A stretch of 64,000 nucleotides of DNA from Bacteroidales bacterium (GCA_036794825.1 DAIRGA010000009.1:1697-65696); one strand, 5' to 3'. Positions 44,322-53,280 are shown, numbered from the stretch's first letter. Program-made: numbers and translations. Notes: a model not told the origin generated them from the letters alone.

Positions 44322-45095
44322 TTAAAAAGAATGAATAATCGTCAGGAACTCATCGGCTTTCAGCGATGCACCACCAACAAGGCCACCGTCAACATCGGGC
44401 TGGGAGAAGAGTTCTCGGGCATTTTTGGCATTAACCGAACCACCGTAGAGTATTGTAGTGTTGTTGGCTATTGTTTTCCCATATTTTTCGGCCAGCAGAT
44501 TTCTGATCACAGCGTGCATTTCCTGTGCCTGATCGGGAGTAGCGGTAACCCCTGTTCCAATGGCCCACACCGGTTCGTAAGCAATCACGATCTTAGTAAA
44601 AGCTTCAGCATCAATGTGAAATAGCGATTCGGCAACCTGTCTTTTCACCAGGTCGAAGTGGGTGTTCTGCTCTCTAACCTCAAGTTTCTCGCCGCAACAA
44701 AAAATGGGAGTTAGGCCATTTTTCAGCGCCAGGTCAACCTTTTTGGCCAGCATGGCATGGCTTTCAGCAAAATATTCCCTGCGTTCGGAGTGGCCAATGA
44801 TGACAAAGTCAGCGCCAACTGAGCGGATCATAGCTGTGCTGATTTCGCCGGTGAAGGCGCCTTTTTCTTCGCTGTAACAATTCTGGGCAGCAATTTTCAC
44901 CTGCTTCTGGTCTTTGGTGAGTTTTACAGCGCTTTCGAGCGTAATGAACGGGGTACCGAGCACTACCAGCAACTCATCCGGCGACTGACGCGGAGGATTT
45001 TCCTCTACACCTTTAATAATAGATTGAATCAGGGCTTTTCCTTCTTCCAGCGTGGTATGCATTTTCCAGTTACCGGCGGCTATCTTTTTTCTCAT
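44322..45095 (-). CDS. tpiA: Triosephosphate isomerase
   Basis: IAAGNWKMH, IIGHSERR, AYEPVWAIGTG and YGGSV are hallmark TIM motifs. 257 aa. Confidence 0.95.
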   Translation of the reverse strand: MRKKIAAGNWKMHTTLEEGKALIQSIIKGVEENPPRQSPDELLVVLGTPFITLESAVKLTKDQKQVKIAAQNCYSEEKGAFTGEISTAMIRSVGADFVIIGHSERREYFAESHAMLAKKVDLALKNGLTPIFCCGEKLEVREQNTHFDLVKRQVAESLFHIDAEAFTKIVIAYEPVWAIGTGVTATPDQAQEMHAVIRNLLAEKYGKTIANNTTILYGGSVNAKNARELFSQPDVDGGLVGGASLKADEFLTIIHSF

Positions 45096-45122
45096 GATTT
45101 TTCAGTTTTTAAATTTCGCCCG

Positions 45123-45130
45123 CAAAAGTA
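45123..45130 (-). promoter_or_regulatory. -7 promoter box (TACTTTTG on minus) for tpiA
   Basis: Plus strand reads caaaagta, 28 nt upstream of the tpiA ATG. The extended string ccgcaaaagta also occurs upstream of the dus gene (59727). Confidence 0.5.
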
Positions 45131-45190
45131 AGGAAACAGGGGGAATGGGTGATGATGCAGCGAAAAAGAACGGGTATGGTTGGACAAGGG

Positions 45191-45922
45191 CTATTTGCCA
45201 GAATTAAATTTTACGATTTTTTCCCAGTCAATTTCGCCGCTTGGTTTGCAGTAATCTATTGCGAATTCTAAGACAAACTTGTTGATCATCTGAGCGTAAG
45301 AAACATTGAAATCGTCATTTCTTTCTTTTGCCGTATGACCCAAAGGTTTGATAATGTCAAGGTAAAGGTTTGGATTGCCTGAAATGAACTCCCAGAATTG
45401 CTGACCACAATACTTGAAATAGTCTCCTTTATCCGGATTGTTGTTTCTTCCATAGCAGCAACCATTGATTGCCATGATATTGAGGTTAGAATTGCTTGTC
45501 CGTAAGGTCTTTTTTGCAGTCCTGAAATCGGAAATCATTTTTTTGACCTGAGAAGCATTTCCCCAATTTGGCCCTGATTTTATTGCAATGATAAAACGCA
45601 ATCCATCTTTTTCAAATTCCAAATCAATTCCTTCTATACCTGACTTATAGCCATTATAAACCTTCGAATTGACAAAAATTGCGAGACCCTCGAGCCAGTC
45701 GCCAAAAATGGTCTCCTCATTTGACGAAATAAACGCATCCACCAGATTCTTGACAAGTTGCTCAGAAGTCAGAATATATTTTGCTTTAAAGAGGTAAGGG
45801 TTTTTCCTTTTTAAAACATCTGAAAGCTTGAGCCCATTGAGCTTTTCAATTCGTTTCTTGTGAAATACTTCGATATTCTTTTCAACATATTCAAATACAT
45901 CTGCTAATTCCAACTGCTTCAT
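45191..45922 (-). CDS. Putative type II restriction endonuclease (by context and a PD-(D/E)xK-like motif)
   Basis: 243 aa, downstream of and co-oriented with a DNA methyltransferase. GIEGIDLEFEKDGLRFIIAIKSGPNWGN could supply a D...E-x-K or (A/I)-I-K catalytic core. The region is AT-rich. I have no family assignment I can verify from memory (PmeII- or TdeIII-like are guesses). Confidence 0.55.
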   Translation of the reverse strand: MKQLELADVFEYVEKNIEVFHKKRIEKLNGLKLSDVLKRKNPYLFKAKYILTSEQLVKNLVDAFISSNEETIFGDWLEGLAIFVNSKVYNGYKSGIEGIDLEFEKDGLRFIIAIKSGPNWGNASQVKKMISDFRTAKKTLRTSNSNLNIMAINGCCYGRNNNPDKGDYFKYCGQQFWEFISGNPNLYLDIIKPLGHTAKERNDDFNVSYAQMINKFVLEFAIDYCKPSGEIDWEKIVKFNSGK

Positions 45923-46113
45923 AATGTAGTGTTTTTTATGTTTAAATCCTGTTTATCAAATAGTTAGGTAACTGATTTGAAAAACTGTGTTCAACTTGTT
46001 CCTTCTGATTGCTCCCAACTTTTGGAGTGTTTATAAAGAATTCGGAGAATTTTACAGCAAATTCGGTATCATGGGTTAAAGCTTCGATAGAAAAAGCCCT
46101 AATGAGGAATATT

Positions 46114-46980
46114 TTAAGCTTTTTCATCTGGATTTTGCCCGTAAAGTGTCTGAGAATCAAAAAGTACCCACTCTGGTTGAACTATCTGGCTTTTAACCAT
46201 TTCGACATATTCAGGCACGATTTCGATTCCGATGGAATTCCTTCTCATCCTTTTAGCCACAATCAACGTTGTTCCAGAACCTGCGAATGGATCTAAAACT
46301 GTGTCATTAACTTTGGTAAACAACCTGATAAACCATTCGGGCAGGCCTTCGGGAAATGCAGCGCTGTGGTTCTTGTTACTACACTCTGTGGCCAGGTGAA
46401 GTACATTGGTAGGGTAGGCCATATCTCTCGAAAGCCAGTTAGAAATGTTTTTTCCAAAGCCGCTGCCAACTCTCGAATTGTCCCTGATTTTGTCGGTTTC
46501 TGACAATTTTTTCAAACGTGTCTTTGCCCAATCACCCATCGGAACCATCACTGCCTCCTGGTTCATGTAAAAGTGCCTGCTTTTGTTGAATTGCAGCAAC
46601 CGCTCCCATGAATCTCTGAAACGGTTAGGCCATTTTCCGGGATAGGAGTTTTTTTTGTGCCAGATAAATTCTTCAGTCCACAACCAACCCTGCTTACGCA
46701 TTTCAAGAATGAGCTCGATAACATATGTACTTCTCTCGCCATTCATCACTTTTTCCTTGATATTGAGGATGAAAGTGCCGGTTGGCTTCAGGACTCGCAG
46801 AAGTTCAGCAGCAATTGGCCGAAACCATTCGACATATTTATCGGGATGAATACCACCGTAAGTGTTCTTTCGCTGATCAGCATATGGTGGTGAAGTTACG
46901 ATCAGATCAATGGAATTTTCCTCCAGTTTTTGAAGTTCTTCAAGGCAATCCCCTAAAAATATGTCACTCCTGATTTCCAT
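46114..46980 (-). CDS. DNA methyltransferase, beta-class N4-cytosine/N6-adenine (motif IV before motif I)
   Basis: Motif IV is IVTSPPYAD and the AdoMet motif I is VLDPFAGSGTT near the C-terminus, which is the ParB-less N4/N6 MTase layout. SPPY favours m4C but does not prove it. I use the ATG at 46980; the track start at 46992 is a TTG. Confidence 0.9.
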   Translation of the reverse strand: MEIRSDIFLGDCLEELQKLEENSIDLIVTSPPYADQRKNTYGGIHPDKYVEWFRPIAAELLRVLKPTGTFILNIKEKVMNGERSTYVIELILEMRKQGWLWTEEFIWHKKNSYPGKWPNRFRDSWERLLQFNKSRHFYMNQEAVMVPMGDWAKTRLKKLSETDKIRDNSRVGSGFGKNISNWLSRDMAYPTNVLHLATECSNKNHSAAFPEGLPEWFIRLFTKVNDTVLDPFAGSGTTLIVAKRMRRNSIGIEIVPEYVEMVKSQIVQPEWVLFDSQTLYGQNPDEKA

Positions 46981-47000
46981 GATTTTTGACAATACAAGCG

Positions 47001-47008
47001 CAAATTTA
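47001..47008 (-). promoter_or_regulatory. -7 promoter box (TAAATTTG on minus) for the methyltransferase-endonuclease pair
   Basis: Plus strand reads caaattta, 21 nt upstream of the ATG at 46980. This position supports that start over the TTG at 46992. Confidence 0.5.
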
Positions 47009-47120
47009 GACTATTTTGTTCACACTGGCCGGACTGTGATCACCAAGGTTGGTAGAATTAAAAAACAGGAACGATTAAATCATTCCTGTTCTAACTTATT
47101 GTAAAATAGTTGTTTGTGAT

Positions 47121-50100
47121 CTATTTTTCTTTAGTCATCATCTCAAACTCCTCATCAAACCGTTTGTTGACGATGTCGCAGCCGTGGCGGAACATCAGGT
47201 TGTAATTATCATTTGTAGTGATTTTGAAATTGTAGGTCATCTTTTCTTTGTCTGATGCGGGCGGAAGGAGGCTGATAAATTCGTTGAGAGCATCTTCTTT
47301 GTCTGCAATCCCATTCAACCCGAATTCCTTCATCAGGGCAATCAACTGGTCAAAGGAAGTTTTCTCCATTGCCGATTGCATCTGCTTTTCGAATTTTTGC
47401 AACTTGCGCTGGGTTGTGGTAAAACTTCCGCCAATTTCGAAGGGTAGGGAAGCTGGTAAAACCAGATCGGCCATTTTTGCGGTATCGGTCATAAAATAAT
47501 CCTGAACCATCAGAAATTCTGCTTTTCCAAGCCATTCGCTTACCTGAAGGCGGTTGATGGCACAACCGACCGGGTCCTCTCCAAAGATGAAGATGTTTTT
47601 GAGTAATCCGCTAATCATTAGTTTGTAAGGGCTGTTGATCTGGCCTGGCAAATCATTGACACCCCATTTCTTTTGCAGATTTTGGATCACCCCCGGTGAG
47701 TCAAGGTTGCGGAAACCAGGAGCTATTTTGTGGCATCCGCCCATGTCAATCACACCCTGAGAGTTATTTTTTTCCTTCAACGCTATTAATCCCTGGGCTG
47801 TTTTTCCCATTTTTCCGGTGATGAGTGAAAGATTAATCAGTTCGTAATTGGTATTAGAGGATATCTCTTTTTCGGGGAAGATGAGGATGGCGTTCTTTTC
47901 CTCATTAAAGGTGCGGGCAAACTGTGCCAGTGATTCCATGCAACCAACACCTGATTTTTCAAAAAATTCATCGAAATCCTCTGCCAGCAGCGCTTTGCGG
48001 AAATCTTCGAAGCCCTCCGTTCTTCCGTTGATAAAGAGCTGATTCTGTTGTTCACCCTGCAACAGGTAATAGTTGACTGCTTTAAAGAAGTGGTAGTAAG
48101 AGCTGATATGATAAGCCTTGTCAACTTTGTGCTCAATGCTGGTTTCGTCAGAAGTAGTGATGATTTCAACCGGCACATGATAACAATGCCGGGCATTGAA
48201 AACCATGTGATTAACCAGTGGGTGATCCATATGCAGGTTGGAGCCTAACAGGTAAATCCTGCTTGCTTCTTTAATCTGCTCAAAAGGAACCGAAATCGTT
48301 GCATTACTGCCATAGCCATCACCTCTGCCAAAATATTGAAAACTGCTGATGTTGTTGGTTTTAGCCCCGGCACGGGCAAGTTTTTGAATAAGGTAAATCT
48401 CCTCATTGGTTAAGCGTGCTCCGGCAAAAAATGCGCTTTGCTCTGGATCAACGTTTTTTATTTTATTGACTATCAGGCTAAAGGCCTCATTAAAGGAGAC
48501 TGGTTTGAATTCTCCGTCCAATTTGCGCATAGGTTGTATTATCCGGGTGGGGTCGTTCAGGTATTTGTACCCGAATTTAGCCTGGCGACTTATGTTTCCG
48601 TCTTTATTCACCTCGCCTAATTTACCCGATGCACGCATAAAGAATCCGGCTTTATGATGCAGTTGCATTTCAAAACCCTCTGATCCCATGTTGTCAATCA
48701 CTTCGATGGTCTCCATTTTCACCGGGCCGGGTTTGAACGGAACATTCTCACTGATGGCTGCAGTGGGGCACGTTTCGATGCAAAGCCCGCAGCATTCGCA
48801 TGTGGTGTGGAGCAGCGAGTTGCCCATAGTTGGCGCCACGAAGGTGCTGAATCCCCGGTTTACCAAACCGAGAGCATTGGCGCCGGCAACCTCGCGGCAA
48901 ATGCGGATGCAACGCGAACAAAGTATACATTTATTATTGTCAATTTCGATGTAAGGATGGCGGAAGTCAACCTCATATTCGTTGTGGGCGCCTTCGAAGC
49001 GGTTCTGCTCAGCGCCATATTCGGTGCAGTACTTTTTGAGATCACAGGTAAATAATTCAACGCATCCGCATTCGAGACATCTTGCGGTTTCTTTACGGGC
49101 AATTTCTTCATTTTCATAACCAAGTTCCACTTCGTCAAAGTTCAGGCGCTGGTTTGGATCGAGCGTTGGCATTTCCTGGCGCAACTGTCGTTGGTACCTG
49201 CCTGCATAACTCTCTGGATTCTGCTCGTGGAAATTGGCTTTTTTACTTAGAAATTCCTTCTTTTCAGGTATTAAAGGTTGGTTGGTTAGAAACTGGTGAC
49301 AACTGCGGGAAGCGATTTTAGCCTGGGCAATGGCTTCGATGATCGTGGCGGGGCCAGTAACCCCATCTCCGGCGGCAAACATTGACTGGATGCCGGTTTG
49401 AAGTGTCTCACGGTTGCAATCAATATCACCCCAGCGATTTACTTTCAACTGGCCGCTGGTTGCTGATGAGTTCACATCTTCTAGGAAATTGACATCGGTT
49501 TTTTGCCCTATAGCTGCCAGGATGTAATCCACCTTTACATCAAAATCGGAACCTTCTTTAGGTACAGGTCTGCGGCGTCCTGAAGCATCCGGCTCTCCCA
49601 ACTCCATGGTCAGGCAGGTGATCGAAGCTACGTTCCCGTGTTCGTCTTTATTTACCTTTTTTGGATTGGTGAGGAACATGTATTCTACACCCTCAAGTTT
49701 CGATTCGTGAATCTCGATGGGATTGGCCGGCATCTCTTTCTCTGTGCGGCGATAGATCACATACACCTTGTCAGCGCCGCATCGCATAGATGTCCGGCAG
49801 CAATCCATGGCGGTGTTTCCACCGCCGACTACGGCAACCGTTTTACCTTTAAAATCGTATCGCTGGCCGGTCATTTCCATATTCCGGAGGAAATCAATCC
49901 CCGAAAATACATTTCCGGCATCTTCGCCATCGCAGCCAAGCAGAGATCCCCGTTGCGATCCGATGGTCAATATTACCGAGTCGTATTCTTTCTGTAAATC
50001 AGCATAATGCAGATTGTCTCCAAATTTCTGCTGGTAAAATATCCGTGCGCCAAGCTCGGTAACAGCTGCCACTTCCTTGTCAATTATATCGTTGGGCAGC

Positions 50101-50828
50101 CGATACTCCGGAATGCCGTACCTCAGCCACCCGCCAGGCGAGGCTGATGCCTCGAAGATATCGCACTGATGGCCCTTTTGCTGCAAAAAGTAAGCACAGG
50201 AAAGACCTCCAGGACCTGCTCCGATAATGGCAACCTTTTTTCCGGTGGATGGCGCAACTTCGGGGATAAACCTTTTGGGAGAATTTAAATCAATATCGGC
50301 GGCAAATCGTTTCAAATAATCAATGCCAACACCGGTTCCTTCGCCAAGCAAATTGCGGCGACAGGCAGCTTCGCAGGGTCTTACACAAACGCGCCCACAG
50401 ATGGCTGGTAGCGGATTTACCTCTTTGATAAGTGCAATGGCTTCGGAGTATAATCCCTTCTCGATCAGCGAAATATATCCCTGTACGTCTACTCCGGCAG
50501 GGCAGGTCTCCTTGCAGGGCGCCATGCAATCGGCGTAATGGTTGCCGGCCATCAGATCGAGCGCCATTTTTCTTGCTTTCCTGATGCGGTCATTATCGGT
50601 TTCGATTTTCATTCCTTCGGAAATTCTGGTAGAGCAGGAGGGTTGTAACCCTTTGATCCCTTCCACCTCAACCACACAAACATAGCAGGAGGAGAATGGC
50701 TCCAGCCGTGGATCGCTGCAAAGCGTTGGAATATTTATTCCGTTTCGGACGGCCAGTTCAAGAATGGTTTCGCCGGGTGTACCTTTGACAATTTTGCCGT
50801 TGAGGATGGTATTAAAAGTTTCGGTCAT
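47121..50828 (-). CDS. Fusion oxidoreductase subunit: [2Fe-2S] ferredoxin domain, GltD/NfnB-like NAD(P)H-flavin module, NuoG-like Fe-S domains and a molybdopterin-oxidoreductase-like (probably cofactor-less) domain
   Basis: 1235 aa. Segments in order: CSDPRLEPFSSCYVCVVEV (2Fe-2S, aa 1-80); CMAPCKETCP...CGRVCVRPCEAAC, KKVAIIGAGPGGLSCAY and TVAVVGGGNTAMDC (GltD-like, aa ~95-510); CLECGCVELFTCD, CILCSRCIRIC and CECCGLCIETCP (NuoG-type clusters, aa ~575-700); then ~530 aa of MopB-like sequence. It is the third gene of the nuoE/nuoF-like operon. Confidence 0.85.
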   Translation of the reverse strand: MTETFNTILNGKIVKGTPGETILELAVRNGINIPTLCSDPRLEPFSSCYVCVVEVEGIKGLQPSCSTRISEGMKIETDNDRIRKARKMALDLMAGNHYADCMAPCKETCPAGVDVQGYISLIEKGLYSEAIALIKEVNPLPAICGRVCVRPCEAACRRNLLGEGTGVGIDYLKRFAADIDLNSPKRFIPEVAPSTGKKVAIIGAGPGGLSCAYFLQQKGHQCDIFEASASPGGWLRYGIPEYRLPNDIIDKEVAAVTELGARIFYQQKFGDNLHYADLQKEYDSVILTIGSQRGSLLGCDGEDAGNVFSGIDFLRNMEMTGQRYDFKGKTVAVVGGGNTAMDCCRTSMRCGADKVYVIYRRTEKEMPANPIEIHESKLEGVEYMFLTNPKKVNKDEHGNVASITCLTMELGEPDASGRRRPVPKEGSDFDVKVDYILAAIGQKTDVNFLEDVNSSATSGQLKVNRWGDIDCNRETLQTGIQSMFAAGDGVTGPATIIEAIAQAKIASRSCHQFLTNQPLIPEKKEFLSKKANFHEQNPESYAGRYQRQLRQEMPTLDPNQRLNFDEVELGYENEEIARKETARCLECGCVELFTCDLKKYCTEYGAEQNRFEGAHNEYEVDFRHPYIEIDNNKCILCSRCIRICREVAGANALGLVNRGFSTFVAPTMGNSLLHTTCECCGLCIETCPTAAISENVPFKPGPVKMETIEVIDNMGSEGFEMQLHHKAGFFMRASGKLGEVNKDGNISRQAKFGYKYLNDPTRIIQPMRKLDGEFKPVSFNEAFSLIVNKIKNVDPEQSAFFAGARLTNEEIYLIQKLARAGAKTNNISSFQYFGRGDGYGSNATISVPFEQIKEASRIYLLGSNLHMDHPLVNHMVFNARHCYHVPVEIITTSDETSIEHKVDKAYHISSYYHFFKAVNYYLLQGEQQNQLFINGRTEGFEDFRKALLAEDFDEFFEKSGVGCMESLAQFARTFNEEKNAILIFPEKEISSNTNYELINLSLITGKMGKTAQGLIALKEKNNSQGVIDMGGCHKIAPGFRNLDSPGVIQNLQKKWGVNDLPGQINSPYKLMISGLLKNIFIFGEDPVGCAINRLQVSEWLGKAEFLMVQDYFMTDTAKMADLVLPASLPFEIGGSFTTTQRKLQKFEKQMQSAMEKTSFDQLIALMKEFGLNGIADKEDALNEFISLLPPASDKEKMTYNFKITTNDNYNLMFRHGCDIVNKRFDEEFEMMTKEK

Positions 50829-50858
50829 TGTTGGTCAGGCTTAGTTTTGGTGTGAAAA

Positions 50859-52637
50859 TTAACGAAGTATAATGGCATCGAACTTACAGCGGGAGTAGCA
50901 ATCTCCGCATTTTATACAGATTTCCTGGTTGATGAAGTGAGGTGATTTTCTCTCACCGGTAATGGCATTAACCGGACATTTCCTGGCGCAAACCGTGCAG
51001 CCGGTGCATTTTTCGGCGATTATCTCATACGTGAGCAGGCTTTTGCAAACTTTGGCAGGGCATTTTTTTTCGAGGATGTGAGCCGTGTATTCATCCCTGA
51101 AATATTTAAGCGTGGTCAGAACCGGATTGGGAGCTGTTTGTCCCAGCCCGCAAAGGGATGAATCCTTGATCTGGTGGGCAAGTTCCTCGAGTGTTTCAAG
51201 GTCTTCAATTTTTCCTTTTCCTTCGGTGATGCGCTGCAATATTTCGAGCATTCTTTTGGTTCCGATCCGGCAGAAGGTGCATTTTCCGCAGCTTTCCAAC
51301 TGGGTGAAATTAAGGAAGAATTTGGCGACGTCCACCATGCAGGTATCTTCGTCCATCACCACCATACCTCCTGAACCCATGATTGCCCCGGTGGCGTTCA
51401 CTGAATCGTAATCCACTATGGTGTCGGCAAGGTATTCGGGTATGCAACCACCAGATGGGCCTCCCAGCTGAACTGCCTTAAACCGTTTTCCGCCTGGGAT
51501 TCCTCCTCCGAGCTTAAAAATGATATCACGGATGGAAATTCCCATCGGAACTTCCACCAGGCCAGAATGCTTGATTTTTCCGGCCAGTGCAAACACTTTG
51601 GTGCCTTTGCTCTTCTCGGTTCCATACCTCGAATAAGCCTCCGGACCATTGATAATGATCCATGGAATGTTAGCCCAGGTTTCGACATTGTTGATGTTGG
51701 TGGGTTTTTTCCAAAGGCCTGAAATAGCGGGAAATGGAGGTCTTTTTCTGGGCATCCCGCGCTCGCCTTCTATAGAAGCAATCAAGGCAGTTTCTTCACC
51801 GCAGACGAAAGCTCCGGCACCCTCTTTTACATAGATATCAAAACAAAAACCCTCGATTCCCAAAATATGATCTCCCAGGTAGCCATGATCACGTGCCTGG
51901 TTGATGGCGATGTTGAGTCGTTTGATGGCAAGCGGGTATTCAGCGCGGCAGTAAATCACACCCCCATTTGCTCCGATGGCATAAGCGCCGATAATCATCC
52001 CTTCGAGTACTGCGTGCGGGTCTCCTTCCAGCAGCGAACGATCCATAAATGCCCCGGGATCGCCCTCATCGGCATTACAGATGATGTACTTTTCCCTGGA
52101 TTCACTTTTTTGTGCAAAGCGCCACTTCATCCCTGTCGGGAAACCTCCGCCGCCACGACCACGCAACCCTGATTTAAGAACCATTTCGATTACCTGATCC
52201 GGGGTAATTCCCTGGTCGGCAATTTTTTTAATGGCTTCGTATCCCTGGTGGGCTTCATACTCCTCCAGCGATTCCGGGTCAATATACCCGCAATGCCGCA
52301 GAGCGATCTTCACCTGGTTATCGAAAAACAGATTATCGGGGGTTTCGAAAAGGTCGGTTTTGACAACCAGTTCCTTAACAGGTTCATGGTTAACCACATG
52401 CTTTTCCAAAACCTCCACAGCCCGGTTTTCGTCAACATTGCCATAAATGTAAGAACCCGTTTCGTCAATGATCTCTACCAGTGGTTCTCTGAAGCACATC
52501 CCGATACAGCTGGTCTTTTTCAACTCGAAATCAAGGTTTTCGGCTTTGCGCAGCTGTTCAATTTTTTGATAGGTCTTGTTTGCGCCGGCAGCAATTCCGC
52601 AACTGCCAAGGCCAACAATTACTTTGGTTTTTGTCAT
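50859..52637 (-). CDS. NuoF/HydB-type NADH-binding flavoprotein subunit with a thioredoxin-like N-terminal extension and a C-terminal 2x[4Fe-4S] ferredoxin domain
   Basis: The FMN site is GRGGGGFPTGMKW, the NADH site is ICNADEGDPGAFMDR, and the N3 cluster is ESCGKCTFCRIG...SLCGLGQT. C-terminal CTGCTVCARKCP and CIKCGDCYSRCK form two ferredoxin clusters. Confidence 0.9.
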   Translation of the reverse strand: MTKTKVIVGLGSCGIAAGANKTYQKIEQLRKAENLDFELKKTSCIGMCFREPLVEIIDETGSYIYGNVDENRAVEVLEKHVVNHEPVKELVVKTDLFETPDNLFFDNQVKIALRHCGYIDPESLEEYEAHQGYEAIKKIADQGITPDQVIEMVLKSGLRGRGGGGFPTGMKWRFAQKSESREKYIICNADEGDPGAFMDRSLLEGDPHAVLEGMIIGAYAIGANGGVIYCRAEYPLAIKRLNIAINQARDHGYLGDHILGIEGFCFDIYVKEGAGAFVCGEETALIASIEGERGMPRKRPPFPAISGLWKKPTNINNVETWANIPWIIINGPEAYSRYGTEKSKGTKVFALAGKIKHSGLVEVPMGISIRDIIFKLGGGIPGGKRFKAVQLGGPSGGCIPEYLADTIVDYDSVNATGAIMGSGGMVVMDEDTCMVDVAKFFLNFTQLESCGKCTFCRIGTKRMLEILQRITEGKGKIEDLETLEELAHQIKDSSLCGLGQTAPNPVLTTLKYFRDEYTAHILEKKCPAKVCKSLLTYEIIAEKCTGCTVCARKCPVNAITGERKSPHFINQEICIKCGDCYSRCKFDAIILR

Positions 52638-52674
52638 TTTAGTTAGGATGAGTATCGGTGTTTTAAATTTAGGT

Positions 52675-53202
52675 TTAATTATTGGTGTTCATCTCATTGA
52701 TCCTGATATCTTTAATAATTCTCACTGCTTCATTGCCGGTGAGTTTTCCGTAGGTGTTATCCTGAATCATCATAACAGGCGCCAATGAACAGCAGCCCAG
52801 GCATGCCACCGATTCGAGGGTGAAAAGCCGATCCTCGGTGGTTTCGCCGTCATGGATTTTAAGAGCTTCTTCGAGCGCTTCACTGATCTTCGATGCATTC
52901 TGCACATGACAGGCGGTGCCGTGGCATACTTTGATGATGTATTTACCCACCGGTTTGAGCCTGAACTGTGCGTAAAAGGTAGCAACCCCATACATATCGC
53001 TTAGGCTTAAGCCGGTTTCGATCGAAATTTTTTCGAAAACATCTTTCGGGATGTAGCCGTAAATCGTCTGAGCGCCCTGCAGTAGTGGGATCATATTGCC
53101 TTTTTTACCCTTGTATTTTTCGATCAGGTGATCTATCTGTGCCAGGTCAATGGGATCGTTTACCTGCACCTCCGTCCGGGTATTAATTCTTTCGATGCGC
53201 AT
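52675..53202 (-). CDS. NuoE/HydC-type [2Fe-2S] thioredoxin-like ferredoxin subunit
   Basis: VCHGTACHV ... ESVACLGCCSLAPVM gives the C-x4-C ... C-x3-C pattern of the 24-kDa subunit family. It is the first gene of the operon. Confidence 0.9.
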   Translation of the reverse strand: MRIERINTRTEVQVNDPIDLAQIDHLIEKYKGKKGNMIPLLQGAQTIYGYIPKDVFEKISIETGLSLSDMYGVATFYAQFRLKPVGKYIIKVCHGTACHVQNASKISEALEEALKIHDGETTEDRLFTLESVACLGCCSLAPVMMIQDNTYGKLTGNEAVRIIKDIRINEMNTNN

Positions 53203-53280
53203 GATGTAGTTGTATTTTTTGAGGCCATAAAAGTACGTATTGTTTACCTTGTCTAATCAATTGAATAGCAATTTATAAGC

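Noticed and set aside
45942-46160. A 72-aa minus-strand ORF lies between the methyltransferase and the putative endonuclease. I considered it as a possible controller (C) protein.
   Set aside because: No helix-turn-helix pattern is recognisable, and it overlaps the methylase 3' end in another frame. The 191-nt gap may simply be an untranslated spacer. It is kept as very low probability only.
46649-46656. An A8/T8 homopolymer inside the methyltransferase gene, and similar A8 tracts at 37897-37904 and 51063-51070. I considered these as phase-variation switches.
   Set aside because: The tracts are short, encode ordinary Lys-Lys codons (WHKKNSY, YEKKLEL, LEKKCP), and are no longer than expected in AT-rich coding DNA. 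There is no evidence of frameshifted alleles in the window.
47121-50828. I considered whether the 1235-aa subunit is an [FeFe]-hydrogenase or a formate dehydrogenase catalytic subunit.
   Set aside because: I could find none of the H-cluster motifs I know (TSCCP, MPCxxK, a CxxGCxxG-type motif). There is no in-frame TGA (Sec), and the MopB-type N-terminal Cys cluster is absent. The GltD-like insertion points to a pyridine-nucleotide site instead.
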